Below the pieces are notes generated by a model, which worked only from the letters and a program-made list of their open reading frames with translations, searched no databases and was not told where the DNA came from. A DNA stretch of 64,000 bases, taken from positions 298,488 to 362,487 of the forward strand of contig JAAEQR010000195.1 of NCBI GenBank assembly GCA_024231215.1, in the 5' to 3' direction. This document shows, in pieces, positions 39,349-49,268 of this stretch (position 1 is the stretch's first letter; each line of letters opens with the position of its first letter). The stretch is from PVC group bacterium. Lineage in GTDB: Bacteria > Omnitrophota > Gorgyraeia > B26-G9. The position numbers and the translations under genes were made by a program.

Positions 39349-39726
39349 ATGACACAATTAAGAGAGATTTATCGCTGTGAAATATGTGGTAATGTTGTGG
39401 AAGTTATAAGTGAAGGTCAGCCGGCATTAGTATGTTGTAATCAGCCAATGGATAGGATGTTGGCTAAAACAGAAGACACTGGCTCAGAAAAGCATGTACC
39501 GGTTATTGAGGAATCAGAAGGCAAGACTAAAATAAAAGTAGGAAGTGTGGCTCATCCAATGGAAGAGAAACATTATATTAAATTTATTGAAGTTTTGACT
39601 AAAGAAAAAGTTTTGCGTGTGGAATTAAAGCCTGGGCAGACCCCGGAAGCTTTTACTTGCGCAAAGCCTGAGGATATTATTGAAGTGAGAGAATTTTGTA
39701 CGATACATGGGTTGTGGAAAAATTAA
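39349..39726 (+). CDS. dfx: Desulfoferrodoxin (2Fe superoxide reductase)
   Basis: CEICGN...VCC, EKHVP, HPMEEKHYI, CTIHGLW. Confidence 0.95.
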   Translation: MTQLREIYRCEICGNVVEVISEGQPALVCCNQPMDRMLAKTEDTGSEKHVPVIEESEGKTKIKVGSVAHPMEEKHYIKFIEVLTKEKVLRVELKPGQTPEAFTCAKPEDIIEVREFCTIHGLWKN

Positions 39727-39731
39727 TAAAG

Positions 39732-39806
39732 GATTCCGGGCACAAAGAAAGTAGGGGGTACCCTACAGTGCCGCGGACATAATTCTCCCGCCAGAGGCGG
39801 GAGAAT
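39732..39806 (+). repeat. Structured repeat, copy 3 (before rubrerythrin)
   Basis: GATTCCGGGCACAAAGAAAGTAGGGGGTACCCTACAGTGCCGCGGACATA plus ATTCTCCCGC-CAGAG-GCGGGAGAAT hairpin. Confidence 0.9.
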
Positions 39807-39825
39807 CAAAGGAAAGGATAAGATC

Positions 39826-40401
39826 ATGGCGAGTATTAAAGGAACAAAAACAGAAAAAAACTTATTGGCTTCGTTTGCCGGAGAGTCTCAGGCGAGAAAC
39901 CGTTACACATACTTTGCTTCAGTCGCGAAAAAGGCAGGGTATGAGCAGATCGCGGCGATATTTTTAGAGACTGCAGATAATGAAAAAGAACATGCTAAGA
40001 AATTCTTTAAATTTTTAGAAGGCGGAGCATTAGAAATCACTGCTACTTATCCGGCTGGTATTATCTGTGATACTGCTGCTAATTTAGAAGCATCTGCAGA
40101 TGGTGAAAATGAAGAATGGACAAAGCTTTATAAGGAAGCAGCAGCAACAGCCAGAGAAGAAGGGTTTGAAGATGTTGCCAAAATATTTAAAGAAATAGCT
40201 GAGGTGGAAGAAGAACATGAAAAACGCTACAGAAAACTGCTTAAAAATGTGAAAGAAGGAACCGTATTTAAAAAGAGTTCTGTAGTGAAATGGAAATGCC
40301 GCAACTGTGGTTATGTGCATGAAGGAGAAGCGGCTCCTAATGTTTGTCCGGCATGTGCCCATCCACAGGCTCATTATGAGATTCTCTGTGAAAATTATTG
40401 A
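39826..40401 (+). CDS. rbr: Rubrerythrin
   Basis: FAGESQARNRY, NEKEHA, EEEHE, CRNCGY...CPACAH. Confidence 0.96.
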   Translation: MASIKGTKTEKNLLASFAGESQARNRYTYFASVAKKAGYEQIAAIFLETADNEKEHAKKFFKFLEGGALEITATYPAGIICDTAANLEASADGENEEWTKLYKEAAATAREEGFEDVAKIFKEIAEVEEEHEKRYRKLLKNVKEGTVFKKSSVVKWKCRNCGYVHEGEAAPNVCPACAHPQAHYEILCENY

Positions 40402-40492
40402 TGAAGAAAAAAATATCTGACTAAATTTATTAATTTGAAAAAAATTCTTTTGGGATGAAAAAAGTTTATGATCTAATAATTTAAGGAAAAAA

Positions 40493-40957
40493 ATGAAAGA
40501 GTTATCTAAGAACGTAATTCATTTACTGCAAAAACAGGGATTTGTTATTGTATCTACTTTGGATGCTGAGGGAAAGATTCATTGTGCGGCTAAGGGTATG
40601 GTAGGGGTTGAGCAGGAAGGTAAAGTTTATCTTATTGATTTGTATATGGGCAATACTTATCATAATCTTCAGAAAAATCAGACTGTAAGCATTACTTCTA
40701 TAGATGAAGCGAAATTTGAAGGATATACATTAAAAGGTAAAGCTAATATTATTGCCCGGGAGAAAATTCAGGGCCATGTTATAGAAAGCTGGGAGCAGAG
40801 AGTAGTAGAAAGAATTTCTAACCGATTGATTAAAAACGTACAGGATGCTAAGTCTGGTAAGCATCATCCGGAAGCAGCTTTTCCTCATCCTAAATATCTT
40901 ATCGAAATGGAAGTTGATGATGTTGTTGATTTAAGTCCATCTCGCCTCAAATCGTAA
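40493..40957 (+). CDS. Pyridoxamine 5'-phosphate oxidase-like FMN-binding protein
   Basis: VST...G..H...K, T.HNL..N, GYTLKG pattern. Confidence 0.75.
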   Translation: MKELSKNVIHLLQKQGFVIVSTLDAEGKIHCAAKGMVGVEQEGKVYLIDLYMGNTYHNLQKNQTVSITSIDEAKFEGYTLKGKANIIAREKIQGHVIESWEQRVVERISNRLIKNVQDAKSGKHHPEAAFPHPKYLIEMEVDDVVDLSPSRLKS

Positions 40958-40996
40958 CTAATTGATAGTGTTGATGTTATAATATTAAAAAAGCGC

Positions 40997-41060
40997 TTGA
41001 CAATATTTTTTTATATGCTATACTTTTAATTACTAGTAAAATGATAGAAATACTAGTAAT
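40997..41060 (+). promoter_or_regulatory. Promoter and 32-bp inverted-repeat operator (CymR-like)
   Basis: TTGACA 40997..41002, TATACT 41019..41024; ATTACTAGTA-N12-TACTAGTAAT 41029..41060. Confidence 0.75.
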
Positions 41061-41098
41061 TAAAATGAGAGTACAAATAGGAGGGGATAAAACCAGAG

Positions 41099-41320
41099 AT
41101 GGAGTCACCAAAAAGATCATTAATCAAAGCAATTACCTGGCGAGTAATCGCCTTATTAGTGACTATAATTGCTATTTACATTTATAGTGGGAATATTAAA
41201 GAATCACTGGTAGTTGGGATCAGCGCGAATGCTATAAAGATATTTCTCTATTATGCGCATGAGAGGATTTGGAACAGAATAGGGTTTGGAATAATAAAAG
41301 GTCCGGAATATCAAATTTAA
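41099..41320 (+). CDS. DUF2061 small membrane protein
   Basis: RSLIKAITWR...LYYAHERIW; family typically near sulfate-assimilation genes. Confidence 0.88.
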   Translation: MESPKRSLIKAITWRVIALLVTIIAIYIYSGNIKESLVVGISANAIKIFLYYAHERIWNRIGFGIIKGPEYQI

Positions 41321-41363
41321 ACAGAAAGATGGTTGAGGAAACACAAAATAAGGAGGAAGTAAG

Positions 41364-42074
41364 ATGGGAATATTAGGAAAGCAGGAAAATTTAACTGAAT
41401 TGGTAGAGAATTTGAATTTTAAGGAAAAAGTAGATCGTTCCTTGGCCCTGATCAAAGAGGCTTATGAGAAGTATGGGGATGGATTAGTGGTGGCTAATAG
41501 TTTAGGAAAGGATTCGGTGGTTGTATGGGATCTTGTCAAAAAAGTAGATCCAAAAATCAGAGGGTTTATTGTTACGACCAGGTTTAAGCCGCGTGAAACC
41601 GTCGAATTTATGAAGCAGGAAGTATTACGTTATCCAGAGTTAAAAGTTTATAATAATGACGTGTCTATAGCAGATGAATTATATAAGACTGATCCGGATA
41701 AGTGTTGTGATTTATTAAAAGTAGAACCGGTTAAAAAAGCGGTTGACGAAATGGAGGTTACTTGTTGGGTTACTGGACTACGCTGTACTGAAGGCCGAAC
41801 CCGAACAGATTTCAAGGAAATAGAAGAAAGAGATAAAGGGTTGATTAAGTTGAATCCTATTCTGATTTGGAAGGAACGTGAAGTTTGGCAGTATTTAGCT
41901 GTGTATGGAGTAAAGGTTAATTCGTTGTATGCGGAGGGATATCGTTCTTTAGGTTGTGCTCCATGTTCAAATATTACAAGTGATGATAATGAAAGGGCAG
42001 GGCGTTGGATAGGGACGAGTAAGTGTGGCGGTGAATGTGGTATTCATACCCGGCCGTTAAAAACTACTGGTTAA
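41364..42074 (+). CDS. cysH: APS/PAPS reductase (Fe-S type)
   Basis: GKDS, CC..LKVEP, TGLR, GYRSLGCAPC, ERAGRW, ECGIH. Confidence 0.9.
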   Translation: MGILGKQENLTELVENLNFKEKVDRSLALIKEAYEKYGDGLVVANSLGKDSVVVWDLVKKVDPKIRGFIVTTRFKPRETVEFMKQEVLRYPELKVYNNDVSIADELYKTDPDKCCDLLKVEPVKKAVDEMEVTCWVTGLRCTEGRTRTDFKEIEERDKGLIKLNPILIWKEREVWQYLAVYGVKVNSLYAEGYRSLGCAPCSNITSDDNERAGRWIGTSKCGGECGIHTRPLKTTG

Positions 42075-42100
42075 TGAATGGAATAATTAAGGGGTTGAAG

Positions 42101-42832
42101 ATGAGTTATGAAAAAAACATTGATTATGATGACTTAAAAAAAGGTGGGTTTTTAAGGGCGAAACAAGAGAATGGTTTTACTTTAAGGACACGGAAGCTTG
42201 CGGGTAATTATACGGCGAATCAACTTAGATGTTTGGCTGAAATTGCTGATGAATTTGGGCAGGGAATTGTACATTTAACAGTAAGGCAGGGCATAGAAGT
42301 TCCCTTTGTAGAGTACAAAGATATAGAGAATATAAAGTCTAAGGTACAAGAAGGCGATGTGGATTTTGGAACTTCAGGACCGCGTTTAAGAGCAACAACT
42401 TGTTGTCCGGGAAATAGCTGGTGTAAACGGGGATTGATAAATACTTTGGATTTTGCCCAGAAGCTGGAAAAAGAAAGAGGTGTTTCTTGTCCGCTTCGTT
42501 TGCCGCAAAAGTTTAAAATTGCGATTTCCGGATGTCCGAATATGTGTACGCGTGGGCAGGTTTCAGAAATTGGTGTCTTTGGCCGGGCAGGCATTCATCA
42601 AAAAAAAAGCAAAATAGGATATGGTATTTATGTAGGAGGTTGTGGTGGACGTAACCCGCGAGTGGGAATAAAGATTGATAAAATTTTTGACGAAGAGGAG
42701 GTGTTAACTTTAATTGAGAGAATAGTGGATTTCTATAATAAATGCGGAAAGCCCAAGCAGAGGCTGGGAGCAATGATCGAAGAGCTGGGAGAAGAGAACT
42801 TTTTAAGTAAGATCAGAGAAGGATTGTTTTAA
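42101..42832 (+). CDS. Small sulfite/nitrite reductase-like siroheme-[4Fe-4S] protein
   Basis: HLTVRQG, CCPGNSWC, KIAISGCPNMC. Confidence 0.8.
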   Translation: MSYEKNIDYDDLKKGGFLRAKQENGFTLRTRKLAGNYTANQLRCLAEIADEFGQGIVHLTVRQGIEVPFVEYKDIENIKSKVQEGDVDFGTSGPRLRATTCCPGNSWCKRGLINTLDFAQKLEKERGVSCPLRLPQKFKIAISGCPNMCTRGQVSEIGVFGRAGIHQKKSKIGYGIYVGGCGGRNPRVGIKIDKIFDEEEVLTLIERIVDFYNKCGKPKQRLGAMIEELGEENFLSKIREGLF

Positions 42833-42853
42833 GTCAGGAGGAGTATAATTTTC

Positions 42854-42911
42854 TTGACAATACCTGGAAAAGTAGTATTATTACTACAAATACTATTGAT
42901 TTGGTAGTAAT
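42854..42911 (+). promoter_or_regulatory. Promoter and 32-bp inverted-repeat operator (CymR-like)
   Basis: TTGACA 42854..42859, TATTAT 42876..42881; ATTACTAC-N16-GTAGTAAT 42880..42911. Confidence 0.75.
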
Positions 42912-42924
42912 TGGAGGTTTTTTT

Positions 42925-43362
42925 ATGAGGATGTCAACACGAGCAAGATATGGTCTGAGATTGATGGTTGAACTGGGATTGCGTTATTCGGAAGGACCTG
43001 TTTTTTTAAGAGAAATTGCCAAAGTAGAAGAGATTTCTGAAAAGTATTTAAGTCAGATAATTATTCCGTTAAAAGCAGCTAGACTGGTGACTTCTTTTAG
43101 GGGTGCTCATGGTGGGTATATTCTGGCACGGCCTCCAGCCCAAATCACATTGAAGGATATTATCGAAACCTTAGAAGGTGACTTTGATCTGGTTGAGTGT
43201 GTGAAAAATCCTGAGACTTGTACGCGGGTTTCTATTTGTGTGACAAGAAGCCTATGGCAGGATCTTGGGAAAAAGATGGCTGAAACTCTGGATTCAAAAA
43301 CTCTAGATGATTTGGTTAGACAGTGTAAAGATAAACAAAATTGTGCAATGTACAGTATTTAA
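42925..43362 (+). CDS. Rrf2 family regulator (CymR/IscR-like)
   Basis: STRARYGLR, SEKYLSQI, S.RGAHGGY.L, C......C.....C, MYSI end; heads metY-cysK. Confidence 0.92.
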   Translation: MRMSTRARYGLRLMVELGLRYSEGPVFLREIAKVEEISEKYLSQIIIPLKAARLVTSFRGAHGGYILARPPAQITLKDIIETLEGDFDLVECVKNPETCTRVSICVTRSLWQDLGKKMAETLDSKTLDDLVRQCKDKQNCAMYSI

Positions 43363-43372
43363 AAATTGGTAG

Positions 43373-44695
<1,323 letters not shown>

Positions 44696-44714
44696 TTATG
44701 TCAGGGAGGATATC

Positions 44715-45641
44715 ATGAAACGAATATTTGAAGATATAACTAAGACTATAGGGAATACCCCATTAGTAAGGATAAATAAGCTGGCTCAAGAAGTAGATGC
44801 AGTAATCCTGGCTAAGCTGGAATCGTTTAATCCGTTGTCCAGCGTAAAAGACAGAATTGGGTTTGCAATGATCGATGATGCCGAGAAAAAAGGATTATTA
44901 GAAAAAAATTCGGTTATTATCGAACCGACCAGTGGTAATACCGGTATTGCCTTGGCTTTTGTTTGTGCGGCAAAAGGATATAAGTTGATTCTGACAATGC
45001 CTGATACCATGAGTATGGAAAGGCGCAAGCTATTGAAGATTCTAGGTGCAGAGCTGGTTTTAACGGATGGAACAAAAGGGATGAAGGGAGCGGTAGAAAA
45101 GGCAGAAGAACTGGTTAAATCAACGGAGAATAGTTTTATGCCGCAGCAGTTTACCAATCCGGCTAATCCCCAGATACATAGAGAAACAACAGTAGAGGAA
45201 ATCTGGGATGATACAGAAGGTGAAGTGGATATTTTTATTGCCGGGATTGGTACAGGCGGAACTGTCACCGGGATTGGAGAAGTATTAAAAAAGAAAAAAC
45301 CGGGAGTGAAAATTATTGCTTTAGAGCCGGCAGGTTCTCCGGTGTTATCAGGAGGGAATCCCGGGCCACATAAAATACAGGGAATAGGTGCCGGGTTTGT
45401 GCCGGAGGTTTTGGATAAAGAGGTTATTGATGAGATTATCCAGGTAGATGATTCAGATGCCGGGATAATTGCCCGAAGATTGGCAAAGGAAGAAGGGATC
45501 TTTGTCGGTATCTCTAGCGGAGCGGCAATGTGGGCGGCTTTGGAAGTAGCAAAGAGAGAAGAATCTAAAGGTAAAAATATAGTTGTAATATTACCGGATA
45601 CCGGGGAGAGATATTTATCAACTTGGTTATTTGAGAAATGA
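44715..45641 (+). CDS. cysK: Cysteine synthase A
   Basis: [35 protein letters not shown]. Confidence 0.97.
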   Translation: MKRIFEDITKTIGNTPLVRINKLAQEVDAVILAKLESFNPLSSVKDRIGFAMIDDAEKKGLLEKNSVIIEPTSGNTGIALAFVCAAKGYKLILTMPDTMSMERRKLLKILGAELVLTDGTKGMKGAVEKAEELVKSTENSFMPQQFTNPANPQIHRETTVEEIWDDTEGEVDIFIAGIGTGGTVTGIGEVLKKKKPGVKIIALEPAGSPVLSGGNPGPHKIQGIGAGFVPEVLDKEVIDEIIQVDDSDAGIIARRLAKEEGIFVGISSGAAMWAALEVAKREESKGKNIVVILPDTGERYLSTWLFEK

Positions 45642-45642
45642 A

Positions 45643-46773
45643 ATGAAAGATAATAGTATAGGGATAGTTAGTCCTCAATTGTTTACTTTTGCCGAAGACC
45701 AGCAGGAGCTTGTGCTGAAGTCCGGGAAAAAGCTGGGACCGATCACCCTTGCTTACGAAACCTACGGACAGTTAAACGAAAATAAAAGTAATGCGGTTTT
45801 GATTGTCCATGCGTTGTCCGGAAATGCTCATGCAGCGGGTTTATCTGAGGGAGAGGAAAAACCTGGCTGGTGGGACGATATGATTGGCCCGGGAAAGGCT
45901 TTTGATACTGATAAATATTTCATCATCTGTTCAAATGTGATTGGTGGTTGCCAGGGTAGTACTGGTCCCGCTTCACTTAATCCCGAAACAGATAAGCCGT
46001 ATGGTCTTGAATTTCCGCTGATCACGATAGAGGATATGATAAATGCTCAGAAAAAATTGATAGATTATTTGGGGATTAAAAAATTATTAACTGTAGCGGG
46101 GGGATCAATGGGCGGAATGCAGGCATTGCAATGGGTAGCTTCTTATCCTGAAATGATATGTAGTGTGATCCCAATTGCGACAGCTTTAAAACACTCACCT
46201 CAGCAGATTGCTTTTGATGAGGTTGGCAGGCAGGCGGTTATGTCAGATCCTGATTGGTTAAACGGAAATTATTATGGGCATGGACAGCCGCAGAAAGGTC
46301 TTTCAGTGGCACGAATGATTGGACATATTACCTATATGAGTGACGAATCCATGGAGAAGAAGTTTTCTCGCAGACTGAAAGATGATAATTATACTTTTAG
46401 TTTTTCAGCAGATTTCGAAGTTGAGGGATATTTGAGGTATCGTGGAGATAGTTTTGTAAAACGCTTTGATGCAAATTCATATTTATATATAACTAAAGCG
46501 ATGGATTACTTTGATCTTTCACAGGGTAAGTTGTTCCCGGAGAACAGAAACGTGGATATGAGGTTTTTAGTTATTGCTTTTCGTTCGGATTGGTTATATC
46601 CGGCTTATCAAGCTAAAGAAATCGTACAGCAGATCAAGATGAAAAATATAGATGCAACGTATTGTGAGGTAAAGTCTACTTATGGACATGATGCTTTTCT
46701 TTTGGAGATAGACGAGCAGACACATTTAATTTCACATTTTTTAAATAATGTTTATGAAGATGTAGAGGTATAA
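45643..46773 (+). CDS. metX: Homoserine O-acetyltransferase
   Basis: HALSG, GGSMGG, RFDANSY, YGHDAFL. Confidence 0.95.
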   Translation: MKDNSIGIVSPQLFTFAEDQQELVLKSGKKLGPITLAYETYGQLNENKSNAVLIVHALSGNAHAAGLSEGEEKPGWWDDMIGPGKAFDTDKYFIICSNVIGGCQGSTGPASLNPETDKPYGLEFPLITIEDMINAQKKLIDYLGIKKLLTVAGGSMGGMQALQWVASYPEMICSVIPIATALKHSPQQIAFDEVGRQAVMSDPDWLNGNYYGHGQPQKGLSVARMIGHITYMSDESMEKKFSRRLKDDNYTFSFSADFEVEGYLRYRGDSFVKRFDANSYLYITKAMDYFDLSQGKLFPENRNVDMRFLVIAFRSDWLYPAYQAKEIVQQIKMKNIDATYCEVKSTYGHDAFLLEIDEQTHLISHFLNNVYEDVEV

Positions 46774-47366
46774 TGGAAGATAAAAATATAAGATTAGATT
46801 ATAGAGTTATTCTAGATATGGTCTCAGAAGGCAGTTCAATACTGGATTTAGGCTGTGGGGATGGAGAATTGCTGCGTCTTTTAAAAGAAAAGAAGAATGT
46901 AAAAGGTCAGGGTATTGAAATTGATGAGCAGGCTGTTTATAAGTGTGTGGCAAAGGGAGTTAATGTATTACACGGGGATATTGACAGCGGGTTATCAGGC
47001 TACCGGGATAAATCCTTTGATTATGTGATTTTAAATGAAAGCTTGCAACAGGTGGTGCATTTAGATAAAGTATTAGAAGATTCTTTGCGGGTGGGTAAAA
47101 AGGTTATCGTTGGGTTCCCGAACTTTACTTATTATAAGTCGAGATTTCAGTTGTTCTTTTTAGGTAGAACCCCGGTGACTTCGGCATTACCGTATAAGTG
47201 GTATCAGACTCCTAATTTGCATTTTTTGAGTATTTCTGATTTCCGTGATTATTGTCGAGATAAAGATATTAATATAGAAGATACAGTATGTTTGGGATTT
47301 AAAAGACGTGTTTTTGTATTGCCGAATTTACTTGCGAATACAGGAATATTTTTGGTTTCAAAATAA
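46773..47366 (+). CDS. metW: Methionine biosynthesis protein MetW
   Basis: LDLGCGDG, VGFPNF, LPY.WY.TPNLH; follows metX. Confidence 0.93.
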   Translation: MEDKNIRLDYRVILDMVSEGSSILDLGCGDGELLRLLKEKKNVKGQGIEIDEQAVYKCVAKGVNVLHGDIDSGLSGYRDKSFDYVILNESLQQVVHLDKVLEDSLRVGKKVIVGFPNFTYYKSRFQLFFLGRTPVTSALPYKWYQTPNLHFLSISDFRDYCRDKDINIEDTVCLGFKRRVFVLPNLLANTGIFLVSK

Positions 47367-47380
47367 CAAGAGGGTGAGGA

Positions 47381-48301
47381 ATGAATATTATTGAAAAAAT
47401 TAATAGACTAAAGAAAGAACGTAATGCTGTTATTCTGGCTCATAATTATCAATTGCCTGAGATTCAGGACATAGCTGATTATACCGGGGATTCGTTGGGA
47501 TTGAGCATAGAAGCCTCTCAAGTAAAGGCGGATGTTATTGTTTTTTGCGGAGTATATTTTATGGCAGAGACGGCTAAAATACTTTCTCCGAATAAAACAG
47601 TGTTGATTCCTGCTAAAAACGCAGGATGTCCAATGGCAGACATGATTAATGTTGAACAGCTTAGAGATCTGAAGCGAAGACATCCACAGGCAAAAGTAAT
47701 GTGTTATGTGAATTCTTCGGCTGGAGTAAAAGCAGAATCCGATGTTTGCTGTACTTCTGCCAATGCGACGATGATTGCCGAAAAAGCTTTTAATGAGGAT
47801 GATGAGATAATCTTTGTTCCGGATCGATATCTGGCTCGTTATACAGCTACCCAGGTTAAAAGAAACTTTGTTTTTTGGCCGGGTTTTTGTCCGACGCATG
47901 TTAAAATTTTGCCGGAATATGTTATAGACTTGAAAAAAGATCATCCTGAAGCAGAGGTATTGGTTCACCCTGAATGTTCTGCCGGTGTAATTTCAATAGC
48001 TGATCAAGTGCTTTCGACAGGTGGTATGAGCCGCTATGCAAAAGAGTCAAAAACGCGTAAATTTATTATTGGTACGGAAAAAGGCATGGTTTATCGTCTT
48101 AAGAAAGATAATCCTGATAAAGAATTCTATTGTGCTTCGGAATTTGCAATTTGTCAGAATATGAAGAAGACGACTTTAAGCAAAGTTATTAGTTCGTTGG
48201 AAAATATGCGGGGCGAAGTGACGTTGTCAGAAGATATCATTAAAAAAGCACGTGTAAGTATAGATAAAATGATTGAATATACATTGGCTAAAAAACGGTA
48301 A
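47381..48301 (+). CDS. nadA: Quinolinate synthase
   Basis: LAHNYQ, GDS, FCGV.FMAE, GCPMA, YVNS, CPTH, HPEC. Confidence 0.96.
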   Translation: MNIIEKINRLKKERNAVILAHNYQLPEIQDIADYTGDSLGLSIEASQVKADVIVFCGVYFMAETAKILSPNKTVLIPAKNAGCPMADMINVEQLRDLKRRHPQAKVMCYVNSSAGVKAESDVCCTSANATMIAEKAFNEDDEIIFVPDRYLARYTATQVKRNFVFWPGFCPTHVKILPEYVIDLKKDHPEAEVLVHPECSAGVISIADQVLSTGGMSRYAKESKTRKFIIGTEKGMVYRLKKDNPDKEFYCASEFAICQNMKKTTLSKVISSLENMRGEVTLSEDIIKKARVSIDKMIEYTLAKKR

Positions 48302-48329
48302 GTATTTAGTCCTTAGGAGGAGTTTTCTA

Positions 48330-49160
48330 ATGGGGAAAAGACAGATAATCAAAATTGACGAAGAAAAGTGTAATGGCTGTGGAGTATGCGTTCCTGATTG
48401 TCCGGAAGGGGCGTTGCAGGTGATTGACGGAAAAGCTCGTCTTGTCGGAGAATTGTTGTGTGATGGCTTGGGTGCTTGTATTGGCCGGTGCCCCGAAGGA
48501 GCAATTGAAATTGAAGAACGCGAAGCAGAACCATATGATGAAATCAAGGTTATGGATAATGTAGTTAAGGCTGGAGACAAGGTGATTGCAGCTCATCTAA
48601 AACATTTAAAAGATCATAATCAGGATGATTATCTGGAACAGGCAGGGGCTTATTTAAAAGAGCATAATATCCCGGTACCGGTATTGGAAGAAAAAGAAAC
48701 TAATCTGCCTTGTGGTTGCCCAGGAACAATGATGAAAGATTTCAGAGCTGATGAGAGTGCAGCACCTGTCCAGGAAACAAGTGTTTCTGGTCTGTCTCAA
48801 TTGAGGCAGTGGCCGATCCAATTACATTTATTAAATCCGCAAGCGCCGTATTTTAAAGACGCGGAGTTGGTTATTGCGGCTGATTGTGTTCCGTTTAGTT
48901 ATGCCGGGTTTCATCAGAGATTTCTTAAAGGAAAAACATTAATGATTTTCTGTCCGAAGCTGGATACAGCTAAGGATGTCTATGTGCAGAAAATGGCGGA
49001 TATTTTTAAGAATAACAATATAAAATCAATTACCATGGTGCATATGGAAGTACCTTGTTGTTTTGGGCTAATGGCTTTGGTTGAAGAAGCTTTAAAACTC
49101 TCAGGCAAGAATATTATCTTAAAAGAATATAATATTTCTCTGAAAGGGGAAATATTGTAA
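48330..49160 (+). CDS. 4Fe-4S dicluster protein of the family often found near hcp
   Basis: CNGCGVCVPDCPEG, CDGLGACIGRCP, CGCPG, QWPIQL, CPKLD, MEVPCC. Confidence 0.85.
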   Translation: MGKRQIIKIDEEKCNGCGVCVPDCPEGALQVIDGKARLVGELLCDGLGACIGRCPEGAIEIEEREAEPYDEIKVMDNVVKAGDKVIAAHLKHLKDHNQDDYLEQAGAYLKEHNIPVPVLEEKETNLPCGCPGTMMKDFRADESAAPVQETSVSGLSQLRQWPIQLHLLNPQAPYFKDAELVIAADCVPFSYAGFHQRFLKGKTLMIFCPKLDTAKDVYVQKMADIFKNNNIKSITMVHMEVPCCFGLMALVEEALKLSGKNIILKEYNISLKGEIL

Positions 49161-49192
49161 GTCAAATAATTATAATTAGTTAAGCTTGAAGG

Positions 49193-49228
49193 AATGGTTG
49201 TTTTTCACTAACGAAAACAACCATTTTT
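49193..49228 (+). terminator. Intrinsic terminator
   Basis: AATGGTTGTTTT...AAAACAACCATT followed by T-run. Confidence 0.6.
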
Positions 49229-49268
49229 ATTAGCGAAGATTTAATTTAAATGATATACTTTTAAAGAT

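Noticed and set aside
37872-39806. Three-copy repeat as a CRISPR array
   Set aside because: Copies are separated by whole genes (about 1.4 and 0.5 kb), not spacers; no cas genes in the window
47301-47317. AAAAGACGTGTTTTTGT matching the end of the MITE-like element
   Set aside because: Inside intact metW coding sequence (KRRVFV); AT-rich 17-mer, probably chance
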